NCBI RefSeq assembly: GCF_006345805.1
Contig: NW_021834319.1
Coordinates: 1-50,015, forward strand
Length of the DNA: 50,015 bases
Direction: 5' to 3'
DNA from: Octopus sinensis
Taxonomy: Eukaryota
Shown: in pieces, positions 37,469 to 48,855 of the stretch
How the letters are laid out: each line of letters begins with the position of its first letter
Numbering within the stretch: the first letter of the stretch is position 1
Notes under the pieces: generated by a model
The model's database searches: none
What the model was told of the DNA's origin: nothing
What the model saw: only the letters and a program-made list of their open reading frames with translations
Program-made: the position numbers and the translations under genes

Positions 37469-38419
37469 ATGACTAACTTGCAGGCCTGCAACAGACGAAA
37501 TTGGTCTGATAACGAAATTGATGTTTTAATAAACACATGGCTCTCTCTTTCCCAAACAGAAAATCTAAATGTCTTGTGTTTGAATGAGATTGCCGAAAAA
37601 ACATCACAAGTGGTCAACACACGATCCGTCAAACAGATTCGTAGCAAGTTGAAACATATCGAAGTATCTTTCAAACTGATAAGAGGCCATTATGAAAAGC
37701 TTCTACATATTTTCACAGTTCAAGAACAACAACAGCTAGAAAATCAGCAGCCACAACAACAACAACAACAGAATGAGCCACTCCTGGTTCCCAGCACAAT
37801 GGCTGACATCGGTCAGGCACAACAACAACAACAACAGCCACAGCAACAAGAACAACAACAGCCACTCCTCAACTCTAGCTTACTAGACAATTCACTAAAT
37901 GCCAGTATCTTTTCACCGCTCTCACAGCAACCACCACAATTATCATCATCATCATCACCACCGCTGCCACCATCGTCTTCTATCACCAAAAATACCAACA
38001 GAAAACCAAATAAGAAACCACTGCCCTCTTCCCCCACATCACCACCTCAATACTACTGCAGTAACAAAAACTTAAAGAAACATAGGAAGCAGAATGCGCC
38101 CCCCACGGCTCAAACAAGAAATCCCCAAATATGCCGCTATTCACTGCGCCAGAGACTCTGCACAAATAGTGACTGCATCTTCACGCATCTACCCGGCACT
38201 AGACGCACTACCGGCCAAGGCCAAAGCACGCATCCCACAATAACATCAACACCACCAAATAGTAAATCGAAATTCAAAACACACACAACTCGGAGTCCCA
38301 AAATCTGCCGGTATTCCCAACGTGAGAGAACATGTCTACTGAGTGACTGTCCCTTCACTCATCTTCCAGGGACCCGACGCACAAACAGAAACGGGGCCTC
38401 AAGCCACACACAAACCTGA
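37469..38419 (+). CDS. LINE ORF1, 316 aa: N-terminal Myb/SANT(trihelix)-like segment, polyQ/S/P linker, two C-x8-C-x4-C-x3-H zinc fingers
   Basis: RRNWSDNEIDVLINTW..IAEK..TRSVKQIRSKLKHI at the N-terminus; CRYSLRQRLCTNSDCIFTH (38132-38188) and CRYSQRERTCLLSDCPFTH (38306-38362). It lies directly upstream of the APE-RT ORF. Confidence 0.8.
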   Translation: MTNLQACNRRNWSDNEIDVLINTWLSLSQTENLNVLCLNEIAEKTSQVVNTRSVKQIRSKLKHIEVSFKLIRGHYEKLLHIFTVQEQQQLENQQPQQQQQQNEPLLVPSTMADIGQAQQQQQQPQQQEQQQPLLNSSLLDNSLNASIFSPLSQQPPQLSSSSSPPLPPSSSITKNTNRKPNKKPLPSSPTSPPQYYCSNKNLKKHRKQNAPPTAQTRNPQICRYSLRQRLCTNSDCIFTHLPGTRRTTGQGQSTHPTITSTPPNSKSKFKTHTTRSPKICRYSQRERTCLLSDCPFTHLPGTRRTNRNGASSHTQT

Positions 38420-38655
38420 ATAACAAAAAATAGAAACACACCATGCTGCAGTAATGCTGGTCCAGTCTTTTCAGGAAGACACAAAAACAACACAACAAAA
38501 GTGGAAACTACAACCTATCCAACAGTGCAACCACACCTCCAGCCAAAAACTGCTCCCTAAGCAGGAAAATTCTTTTTTAGCCATGTTGAACATGGCAAAA
38601 AGATACACAAAAACATTCTAGCCATCACTCAACACCATCCTATGCTATTACCCCA

Positions 38656-41600
38656 GTGCACCAATTCCCCACATTGCTGCCACTAACACACACAAAAAAT
38701 CCAAGCCCCCTGCAACAGTCAAAACCAGCCACTACACTAACCTCCACATTCCTACTCAATGCACAAGGTGTCAGCCCTTCCATCAATGCACAAAAATGGA
38801 AGGTCCAATTCATTGAAGACTGGTTGGTAACCATTCACACCACATCCCTTTCTTCATTCTCACTGAGACCCACCTTGACAACTCCCACTTGGAAGCCGAA
38901 GTGAGAGTGAAGAATTTCACAACCATCCGCGCGGATCGTATCGGCAGGAGGAAGGGTGGAACTGCCATTTTCCTGCATGATTCATTTACGGCAGATGGAA
39001 ATAGTATATTCTCCAACGGCTACTGTGAATCAGTCACCGTGCACAACAAAGCCAATGACCTGACAGTAATTGGGCTCTATAGGCCGCCCCAAACACCCAT
39101 ACTGTGCTTTAAAGAATGCCTCAACAGCATTAAGTGCTTTATTCAACAGTGCCATTCTAGCAACATACTCATGATGGGAGACTTCAATCTACCCTGTGTT
39201 GACTGGACTACAAACTGTTTGAAACCAAGCACTCCCGCCTCAACCGCTGACAAAGAAGCAGCAGAGTCACTTTTCGACTTTACGAATGAGTTTTTCTTGT
39301 CCCAACTTGTCCTTGCACCAACAAGACATCAGAACATTTTGGACCTAGTGTTTAGTAACCACACTAACACTATACATAACGTTACAGTGGAAAAACCCTT
39401 CTTTCAGACCATGACATGGTTCTCTGTAACATGAAATTCCACCAGCCGAAAGCTAATCCTAGTGACCTTCCTCCAGCCCACCCATTTGACAACATGGATC
39501 TCCATAAAGCCAACTGGGATGCAATCAGGAACGAGCTATCAAATGTTGACTGGTCCTTTACACATACACACATCTCCACCACCATAAAACATCTTGGCAG
39601 ATCTTTGTAGACACCGTCACAGACATATGTGCAAAACACTCCCCACCAAGACCTGTGAACAAAAAGTGCAGAATCCCCCAAAACAGAAAAACCATTATCA
39701 GAAAAATAAAAAGAACAAACAAAAAAATTAACAAACTAAAGTACTGCCAACAGCAACACACACATTCGACGGCTATCGCACTGCTTGAATCCAAAAAATA
39801 ACCTCCAACAATGCATGAAGACCCTCATCAATAACCAAAGATCAGCTGAGGAGAAGTGGGCCATTGAAAAAATCAAACTCAACCCCAAAGTGTTCTTTTC
39901 ATTTGCGAGGAAACGCAGGGTCACTGTCTCCACTGTAGGCCCTCTAATTGACGAAACTGGCACTCTCCAAGATAATGCAAATCCATGGCCGAGATACTGC
40001 AGAAACAATACTGCTCTGTTTTCAGCAATCCTGATATGGCCGATCTGGGCTGTATCAGTGATGTCAACCCCCAACACACTATATCGGACATAACGTTTAG
40101 TGCCCCTGATGTCTTAGCGGCGATAAACGAAATAAAACACAATTCAGCAGTAGGCCCCGATAGGTTCCCTGCTTGTGTCCTGAAGGTGTGTCGACACCAA
40201 CTTGCATCTCCCCTTGCTAATCTGTGGAGAAACTCACTGGATGCTGGCTATATTCCAAAAAACCTTCTGTCCCAGTCTGTTGTCCCAGTTTTCAAAAAGG
40301 GAAACAAGTCCCTTGCAGTGAATTACCGTCCGATCTCACTCACCTCTCATATCATCAAGGTATTTGAGAGGGTGGTGAGATCTCGAATAACCCAATTTCT
40401 GGAAAGCAACAGACGGCTGATCTCCAACCAACATGGGTTCCGTAATGGAAGGGACTGCCTAACGCAGCTCCTGCATCACTTTGAGGACATTTTGAGAGCT
40501 TTGGGAGAGGGCTCCAACACCGATGTCATCTACCTTGATTTCAGTAAGGCCTTCGACAGGGTCGATCACAAGATCCTATTGAAAAAACTATCCAACATTG
40601 GTGTCTCTGGAAAGTTACTGAAATGGATTAAGTGTTTCCTGACAGACAGATCTCAACATGTTGTAGTTGAAGGGGTAAAATCAAGCCCAGCCAAAGTCAG
40701 TAGTGGCGTTCCGCAAGGCACTGTGCTGGGCCCACTTCTTTTCATCATTTACATTAATGACATTAATGACATCATCAAGCACAGCAACATAAAAATCTTT
40801 GCAGATGACTCCAAGCTACAGAAGGTCATAAATGAGGCGAGTGACCGGACATGCCTTCAGTCAGATCTACTGGCTGTTATCCAATGGGCATAAAAAAACA
40901 ATATGCTGCTGAACGAGGATAAATTTGAGCTAATCCACTTTGGAAAAGAGGATGCCCTGAAACTCCCATACTCCCTTCCTTCAGGTGAAACTCTCGCGGC
41001 GTCCAACAACATCAGAGACTTGGGAGTAATTGTGGACAACAACGTAAGCTGGGCCACTCATATAAACACCAAAGTTGACATGGCCCGCAGAATGTGTTCC
41101 TGGATTCTCAGAACTTTCCAGTCGAGAGATATCCACACCATTATCCTTCTCTTCTCCACTTTTGCCCGACCCCACCTTGAATACTGTTGTCCACTGTGGT
41201 CTCCCCACACAATACAAGGTATCATAAAAGTTGAAGCACCTCAAAGGGCAATCACAAAAAGATAGATGGCATGACAGGCCTCGACTATTGGGGTCGACTA
41301 GAAAAGCTAAACTCTATTCTCTCCAACGTCGTCGTGAGCGCTACATCATCTGCATGATGTGGAAAATATTCCATCAGCATTGCCCAAATGATGTTGGCAT
41401 CACCTTTAGGTACATCCAAGGCTTGGGCCCCGTGCCATCCGCCCAAAAACAAATCGCACTCTCATCTCATAACAACATACGGCACAATTATTTCACCTCA
41501 ATTGGCCCCGCTCTCTTTAACATTACACCAAAACACATTAAAACAGAAACTGACCCTATAGGGTTCAAGAAGTCTTTGGACAGATTCCTTCAAGAAATCC

Positions 41601-41680
41601 CGGATAAACCCCCTACACCCGGATATGTCTCTGTAAACAATAACTCTCTACTTGAGTGGGCCATAGTGCCCAAATTCTGA
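38656..41680 (+). pseudogene. LINE ORF2 (AP endonuclease + reverse transcriptase), frameshifted with one nonsense codon
   Basis: APE motifs: LLNAQG, ILTETHL, RADR..RKGGTA, GLYRPP, MGDFNLP, PTRHQNILDLVF, SDH. RT motifs: NYRPISLTS, QHGFRNGRDCLTQL, YLDFSKAFDRVDH, SGVPQGTVLGPLLF, IFADDSK, RDLGV, RPHLEYC, YSLQRRRERY. TAA at 40891. Confidence 0.92.
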
Positions 41681-41771
41681 CTTGAAAGACTTCACCAGGT
41701 GGTGCTATTAAGTTAGACATGGCCTGGGCCAATAATGGCCGAAACCTATCAAAGTATCAAAGTATCAAAAG

Positions 41772-41803
41772 TATATATATATATATATATATATACATAT
41801 ATA

Positions 41804-41842
<39 letters not shown>

Positions 41843-42050
41843 ATATGTTTGTGTGCCTGTGTTTGGCCCTTAACATCGCTTGATAACCGGTGCAGGTGTG
41901 TTTATGTCTCCGTAACTTAGCGTTTCGGAAAGGGACCGATAGAATAAGTTCTGGGGTCGATTTGTTCGACTAAAGGCGGTGCTCCAGCATGGCCGCAGTC
42001 AATTAATTGAAACAAATAAAAGAATAAGAGAATAGAATAAAAGAATATAT
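41772..42050 (+). mobile_element. Internal microsatellite and 3' half of the family O SINE begun at 37101
   Basis: CATCGCTTGATAACCG..GGGGTCGATTTGTTCGACTAAAGGCGGTGCTCCAGCATGGCCGCAGTC. Confidence 0.85.
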
Positions 42051-42206
42051 ATATATATATATATATATATAACGGACATATAAATGTATATGTATATATA
42101 TATATATATATGTATGTGTATATATACATACATGCACACACACACACACGCATATATATATATATACATACATACATACATACATACATACATACATACA
42201 TACATA

Positions 42207-42766
42207 CCTGGTGGCTGCCCCCTCGTTATCGAGTATGGCCATTGCACGAAGCTTAATCAATGTTGTTATCGTGCAATGCCTGTGCAAGAAGATTTTTTTA
42301 AAGTGAGGAAAGGTTGTGCACTGAGTCAATCCCACTCACTAAGCAACAGCAGCCATAATCCGAAAAGAAGAACAAGTCAACATCATCGGTAACCACTGAG
42401 CCGCAGGTTTTATGTCGGAGTTATCCCAGTTACCTGAGTTACCTTCTCCTAGAAGGATGCCCTAACAAAGGCTAGGAGTCCTTCACTCCCAATGGTTTAA
42501 CCGCGCGATCGGGTATTCAGTCCGATTATTTCTATGTCCGCACGCATGATACAGCCTTAAGACATTTATTGGATGGCCGTTGACTCTCAAGAGTTCCTCC
42601 GCCCTTTGACGGGTTTTGTTTTTCATCCCGCACGGTGTCCAATAAACACCCCCCTCACCAAGCAAGGTTGGTGGGGTAGCCGGTTTAGTCGCCGACGACT
42701 TGACCATGCAACAGGTTGTACTGGGTTACATGTTACCAGTAGCACTCGAAAGTAACCTGACATACT
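42207..42766 (-). mobile_element. Non-coding retroposon body, RTE-5'UTR-like, with a (TATG)n 3' tail
   Basis: The minus strand contains GGCGACTAAACC and GGGCATCCTTCTAGGAGAAGGTAACTC..TAAAACC, which resemble RTE 5' UTR motifs as recalled. It ends GGGCAGCCACCAGG followed by (TATG)n. Confidence 0.55.
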
Positions 42767-42865
42767 CGTTCGAGGTGTCGATGTTCACTGAGTCCTACAA
42801 TTCGCATAAGTTCACGCGGATAGCTGCGCTCTTCATCGACGGACGAGCCGAGTGATCCCGCCCAA
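42767..42865 (-). rRNA. 5.8S rRNA-derived fragment (5' ~100 nt; not an rDNA unit)
   Basis: Minus strand GGATCACTCGGCTCGTCCGTCGATGAAGAGCGCAGCTATCCGCGTGAACTTATGCGAATTGTAGGACTCAGTGAACATCGACACCTCGAACG is ungapped against metazoan 5.8S as recalled (about 13 substitutions in ~91 nt versus the vertebrate sequence). There is no flanking ITS, 18S or 28S. Confidence 0.9.
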
Positions 42866-42886
42866 CATACATACATACATACATAC

Positions 42887-42917
<31 letters not shown>

Positions 42918-42923
42918 CATACA

Positions 42924-42987
<64 letters not shown>

Positions 42988-43041
42988 TATGTATACATAC
43001 ATACATACATACATACATACATACATACATACATACATACA

Positions 43042-43075
<34 letters not shown>

Positions 43076-44088
43076 CATCCACACATGCATACATACATGC
43101 ATATATAAATATATATATTTCAGAAATAAAATATTGAGAAACCTCAGCATTGTTTATTTGGTATGATATCAGCCTCTATCGCAACACAGTTCGTTGTTTG
43201 AAGGGTATAAGCGCCGCCCTATACCCCAGTATATTCGTGATTAATCGATACTAATTCTGTCATTCAAACAGAAAACTTTTGATTGAAGCTCATTAGTTTT
43301 TTTTTAGTCAAAACAATATAATGATATAAATACGATGATTAAAAATTGTAGTTATGATTGAAAAAAACAGACTATACAAACCAATTGCCGATATTGTATT
43401 TTGCTCTTTTTGTCTATTTACTTGATAGATTTTTCATCTTCAGCCATTCGTTGTCGTCTTATATGTTTGTTTTTTGATAAAAGGAATCTGTTATTTTCTT
43501 TTTTCAAATGCCATGATCGCTTTTCTTCCAGTTGGCCTCTCAATTTGCCTCCGTAGTAGAAACATTTCAACAATCTTCATCAAGCCATCTTTTTCGTCGC
43601 CTAAGGGTGGAGAGATTCTAGTACAGGCCTGCCTCACTAGCCATGCGTAGTCAATGTAAATTGGAAAAGTGCGCTGGATATCATTCACTCATGACAGAAT
43701 TAAAACATGACTGTAAATGACTATTCCTTGAGGCTGACGGAAAGTTTAATGAATTATAAGAGAGACAAAAATATACAAATAATAAGAAAAGAAAGGAAAC
43801 TGCTGCTGAATTGTGGGAAAAGTCCATTGGAGCTGATCAAGGAGCGAAATAAAACAACAACACAAAAAGAACAAGCGAATATTTATATATATTCTACTTG
43901 ATTTGGGGTGTAGTTCAGGAAAATAGAAATAAAAATCTTACTGAGAAGGGGGGGGCGGTCGGCGTTGTTGGAAAGACATTGTTTTAGCAAAAAAGAAAGT
44001 TGTATATCTTTATGACAATGAGGTAGATATCAAGTCTATGTCTTTCACTATGGTTACATATAGAAATTTAGGTGAACACACGCGCACG

Positions 44089-44141
<53 letters not shown>

Positions 44142-44204
44142 GCACGCGCACACACACACGCGCACACGCGCACGCATACACACACACACACACAAACATG
44201 TAGG

Positions 44205-44535
44205 TATCAGTTTCATATACTTCCCCGGTTACTTGGTTTATATATAAACATGCGGATATATAAACATGTAGACACATAAGCGTCTAGATTTCACTGTGTA
44301 ATGATATGTATCTGTATTTCGCTGGTCACTAGTTTGTATTATAAACAGGTAAGTATATAAACATGTGGATATGTACATGTGTCGATGTTTTACACATGTA
44401 GCTGTATAAACATGTAATATCAGCGTTATATATTTCACTGGTTTATATACGTGGATATATAAACATGTAGTTATGCAAACATGTAAAATCAGCTTCATGT
44501 ATTTCACAGGTTTATAAATAAACATGTATATTAAA
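44205..44535. repeat. Degenerate minisatellite (ATCAG..TATTTCACTGGTTTATA..TAAACATGT units)
   Basis: About four decayed units, echoed in the ORF 44238..44579 as repeated YKPVKY. Confidence 0.55.
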
Positions 44536-45055
44536 GCAGGCGAATAGCTGTGAGGTTTAGAAATTGGTTTTGCAGCCATGTGGCTCCGTGCGATTCGACT
44601 GTGTGGTATCCTGGGAATATATATTATTTGGTATCTTGGACATGTAGCCTAGAATTGCCAAATGTTGGTAGAGCGGAGTTTGCTAAATGGACTTTCGTGT
44701 GTGTGTATATGCAAGCATGTGTGTGCGTGGGTGCATACACACGCACACAGATAAAGCCATTTACACAGACAGAGACAGACAGACAGACAAGCATAGAAAC
44801 ATACACACACACTGAAAAATATGTTCCATATGAAGGACATTGTAACATATGAACACAAACTGTAAGAAACAGTAAAATGATGCACATGCGCAATGATGCA
44901 GACAAGCTCCCCATCAGTTATCGACTAAATATCATCATAATTTCGATACTTTTAGACGATTTGGCTCAACTTAGCCACGACAACATAAGCTTCTGGTGTG
45001 TAAACGAGTAGATGCGATAGCATACATACAAACACACACACATACACATACACAT

Positions 45056-45283
45056 TCTTTATTCTCTTGTTTCAGTCATTTGACTGCGGCCATGCTGGAG
45101 CACTACTTTTAGTCGAACAAATCGATTCCAGGACTTATTCTTTGTAAGCTTAGTACTTATTCTATGGTTCTCGTTTTGCCGAATCGCTAAGTGACGGGAA
45201 TGTAAACACACCAGCATCGGTTGTCAAACGATGGTGGTGGTGGTGGGGGAGACAAACACAGACAGAAATAGTAAATAGATATG

Positions 45284-45323
<40 letters not shown>

Positions 45324-45688
45324 TCTTTACTCTTTTACTCTTTTACTTGTTTCAGTCATTTGACTGCGGCCATGCTGGAGCACCACCTTTTAGTACTTAT
45401 TCTATCGGTCTCTTTTTGCCGAACCGCTAAGTGACGGGGACCTAAACACACCAGCATCGGTTGTCAAGCAATGCTAGGGGGACAACACAGACACACAAAC
45501 ACACGCATACATATATATACATATATACGACAGGCTTCTTTCAGTTTCCGTCTACCAAATCCACTCACAAGGCATTGGTCGGCCGGGGCTATAGCAGAAG
45601 ACACTTGCCCAAGATGCCACGCAGTGGGACTGAACCCGCAACCGTGTGGTTGGTTAGCAAGCTACTTACCACACAGCCACTCCTGCGC

Positions 45689-45743
<55 letters not shown>

Positions 45744-45888
45744 TACGACGGGCTTCTTTCAGTTTCCATCAACCAAATCACTCACAAGGCTTCTATAGTA
45801 GAAGACATTGCCCAAGGTACCACGCAGTGGGACTGAACCCGGAACCATGTTGTTGTGAAGCAAGCTTTTTACCACACAGCCACTCCTA
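45056..45888 (-). mobile_element. Family O SINE (head 45746-45888, tail 45056-45262) with a second complete copy (45322-45689) nested in its internal microsatellite
   Basis: Order on the minus strand: head, (TA)n, complete SINE, (TA)n, tail. Confidence 0.8.
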
Positions 45889-45889
45889 C

Positions 45890-45997
<108 letters not shown>

Positions 45998-46098
45998 ATT
46001 ATATATATATATATAATATAATTATAAATATTAGGGAATAAATCCAAACTTACAGGGAAAAATCAGATTTAGGATGAATCCAATTTATAGTAAAATAT

Positions 46099-46439
46099 TA
46101 TATTATACAAATTAGAGACAAAACCACTATTATGCAAATCAAACAAAGAAAGACTTAATCCAATACATAAATTAATTTATATTATTTAGTAATTTAACAA
46201 TTATTAATATCCACTACGATCGTTTCATGTCTTCTTTTCATCACATCTTTGAGTAGTAGACATTCTTCAGGTGGTTTCAAATATTCTTGGCGTGTGATGA
46301 AAAGAAGACATGAAACGATCGTAGTGGATATTAATAATTGTTAAATTACTAAATAATATAAATTAATTTATGTATTGGATTAAGTCTTTCTTTGTTTGAT
46401 TTGCATAATAGTGGTTTTGTCTCTAATTTGTATAATATA
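46099..46439. repeat. Perfect 147-bp inverted repeat (46099-46245 / 46293-46439) with a 47-nt spacer
   Basis: No mismatch was found on base-by-base comparison. Confidence 0.95.
46206..46285 (-). ncRNA. Type I hammerhead ribozyme motif spanning the spacer and left arm
   Basis: Minus strand AATAT-TTGAAA-CCAC-CTGAAGA-ATGTCT(25 nt)AGACAT-GAAAC-GATC-GTA-GTGG-ATATT. The core is complete, stem III is the palindrome ACGAUCGU, and the GUA site lies between 46215 and 46214. Confidence 0.8.
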
Positions 46440-46440
46440 T

Positions 46441-46630
46441 ACTTTACTCTTTTACTTGTTTCAGTCATTTGACTGCGGCCATGCTGGAGCACCGCCTTTA
46501 GTCGAGCAAATCGACCCCGGGACTTATTCTTTGTAAGCCCAGCACTTATTCTATCGGTCTCTTTTGCCGAACCGTCAGGTGACGGGGACGTAAACACACC
46601 AGCATAGGTTGTCAAGCAATGCTAGGGGGA

Positions 46631-46724
<94 letters not shown>

Positions 46725-46895
46725 CATATATACGACAGGCTTCTTTCAGTTTCTGTCTATAAAATCCACTCACAAGGCATTGGTCGGCCCGGGGCTATAG
46801 CAGAAGATACTTGCCCAAGATGCCACGCAGTGGGACTGAACCCGGAACCATGTGGTTGGTTAGCAAGCTATTTACCACACAGCCACTCCTGCGCC
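46441..46895 (-). mobile_element. Complete family O SINE
   Basis: Head GGCGCAGGAGTGGCTGTGTGGTAA..GGTTCAGTCCCAC, CORE-like TCTTGGGCAAGTATCTT, internal microsatellite, tail ..GAAACAAGTAAAAGAGT. Confidence 0.9.
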
Positions 46896-46920
46896 TATAT
46901 ATATATATATATATTTATTT

Positions 46921-47403
46921 ATTTATGGTGAACTCAACTCTACTAAGCGACTACCACATAAGCCGAGCAAAAGGTATAAAGACCGTGTGAAGGAAAACCT
47001 GAAGAAATCAGATATGAACAAAAGTGATTGGGAAGAAGATGTTCTAGATGGGAACAAGTGGAGTGGTGCTGTTAGGACTGGTTTCAATGCCTAGAAGGAA
47101 AAGATGATTGAGCACTCTAGAGTTAAAAGGGCCTGTCGCAAAGGAACAATTGGGACTGGAATCAACAGTGAACATTGGATATGTATTATATGTGGCCATG
47201 TTCTGTTGTCAAAAGCAGGATATGTGAATCATATGAAGTCACATAAAAATCGTAATGCCCAGATAGGTAATGATCTTGGACACCAACCACCTCTCACGGC
47301 TTGTGGACTTAAAAGACATATGCTGGTTCGCAAAAACACTCCTTCAGAATCAGGTTCCAAAGGGCAAAGATATAGAATAAACTTAAATAATATTAGTCAC
47401 TAG
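46921..47403 (+). mobile_element. RTE-clade LINE 3' fragment with a C-terminal C2H2-type finger
   Basis: IYGELNSTKRLPHKPSKRYKDRVKENLKK..WEEDVLDGNKWSGAV..F.A*..CIICGHVLLSKAGYVNHMKSH in one frame with TAG at 47092, plus a decayed second GLKRHM motif. Confidence 0.8.
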
Positions 47404-48032
47404 TGTTTTAAACCATGCCAGTCATGTAAGGGCTCATCAACGGTGTGATGGGGTGGTGCGTGTATGTGTGTGTGTGTGTGTGTTGATGGGACGGCTATCA
47501 TCTGTCAAGATGAAACAATCATCATATATACACATAGACATACATACACATACATCTATTCACATACACCCAAATAAATACATGCATATATATTTGTGTA
47601 TGCATGTATGCTTTGGTATTGTTTATCAGTTTGTAGAATCATCTAAATTTTTATCAATTGTGGTATTCTATATATTTAGTAAAGTAAAATATATTTCTTA
47701 TTTTGAATTTTGCCTCCTCGGTTTCTTTAAACAAGTGGAATAAGCCACATCGACTGGTTTGAATTAATTTGTTAAGCAAGACGATAAGGCGTGTGAGGGG
47801 GATGTTTACTATATACCGTTTCCCTGTTTGTGTTGATACAGCTTTATTTTGGGAACCATGCATTAGCGGTTCGACAATTATAGACTGATAAGATATGAAC
47901 CAGGCTAAAACATGTACTGGAGACGAGATGATCGACTACAGGCCCTTGTAGTAGGTGCTCCAATCAGGTCGCAGTCCAATGTCAAACTAGTAAAAGAATA
48001 ACATAGAAATTATTTTTCAGACCATATACATA

Positions 48033-48256
48033 GTGAGGTGAGCTGGCGGAATCGTCAGCTCGCCGGGCAAAAGGCTTGGCGGTATATTGTCCGTCCTTAC
48101 TCTCTGAGCTCAAATTCCGCAGAGGTCGACTTTGCTTTTCATCCTTTCGGGGTCGATAAATTAAGTATCATTTTAGTACTGGGGTCGATATAATCGACTA
48201 CTCCCTCCCACCAAATTTCAGGCCTTGTGCCTATAGTAGAAAGGATTATTATTATT
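48033..48256 (+). mobile_element. Near-complete family M SINE
   Basis: GGTGAGCTGGCGGAATCG..GAGGTCGACTTTGCTTTTCATCCTTTCGGGGTCGATAAATTAAGTA..GGCCTTGTGCC..(ATT)n. Confidence 0.85.
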
Positions 48257-48415
48257 TCTTTTTATCTCAGGTTTTGTTAGAGCTCCTGGAGTCTCGCATG
48301 CGTAGCGGGCTTGTTGCCAGTGGCTTACGGTACCATGTTATCTGTTCTACTGTCTCCAAGGATTCAGCAATAATTGGCACTATCTTCACTTTTCCAAAGC
48401 CGGGCTATTTCGTAC

Positions 48416-48417
<2 letters not shown>
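48257..48417 (-). mobile_element. Highly decayed R4/Dong-like 3' fragment
   Basis: Minus strand KYEIARLWK / VKIVPIIAESLETV (one frameshift) resembles the E..R.WK....P...GALG.. motif. It is bounded by AAT repeats. Confidence 0.5.
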
Positions 48418-48508
<91 letters not shown>

Positions 48509-48547
48509 GATCATCATCATCATCATCATCATTATTATTATTATTAT

Positions 48548-48855
48548 TCAGTAGTTTTATTTTTATTTTTATAGCGTGCTTTCACTTCACTACCGAGCGC
48601 AGCTCTGTGTGCCTTGGGTATGTGCTGTGATTTGTTGTGATGCTCTGATGGTTATTGTATGGAAAGTGTTCTGCGTAGGATGTGTGCAGTGCCTAGTAGT
48701 GCAATTTTCTGTATGTTATATGTGTTTGTAAGTCCTGGTGTTTTTGTTATGTATTTGTCTGAATATTTTTTTATCATGCCTAATGCACCTACTATGATAG
48801 GAATTGTTTCTGTTTTCAGATTCCACATTCTAGTTACCTCTATTTCCAGGTCTTT

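Larger units (their letters stand above)
37259..41771 (+). mobile_element. Near full-length CR1-clade LINE (~4.5 kb)
   Basis: 5' UTR with tandem repeats, intact ORF1, APE+RT ORF2 with lesions, and a 3' tail of (TATCAAAG)x3. Confidence 0.9.

Noticed and set aside
41720-41746. GGCC-AATAAT-GGCC-GAAAC near the LINE 3' end as a hammerhead
   Set aside because: There is no CUGANGA; it is better explained as the LINE 3' stem-loop.
43491-43688. Minus-strand ORF region and the alternative frame RRKRWLDEDC as a LINE linker remnant
   Set aside because: A single short motif with stops around it is insufficient.
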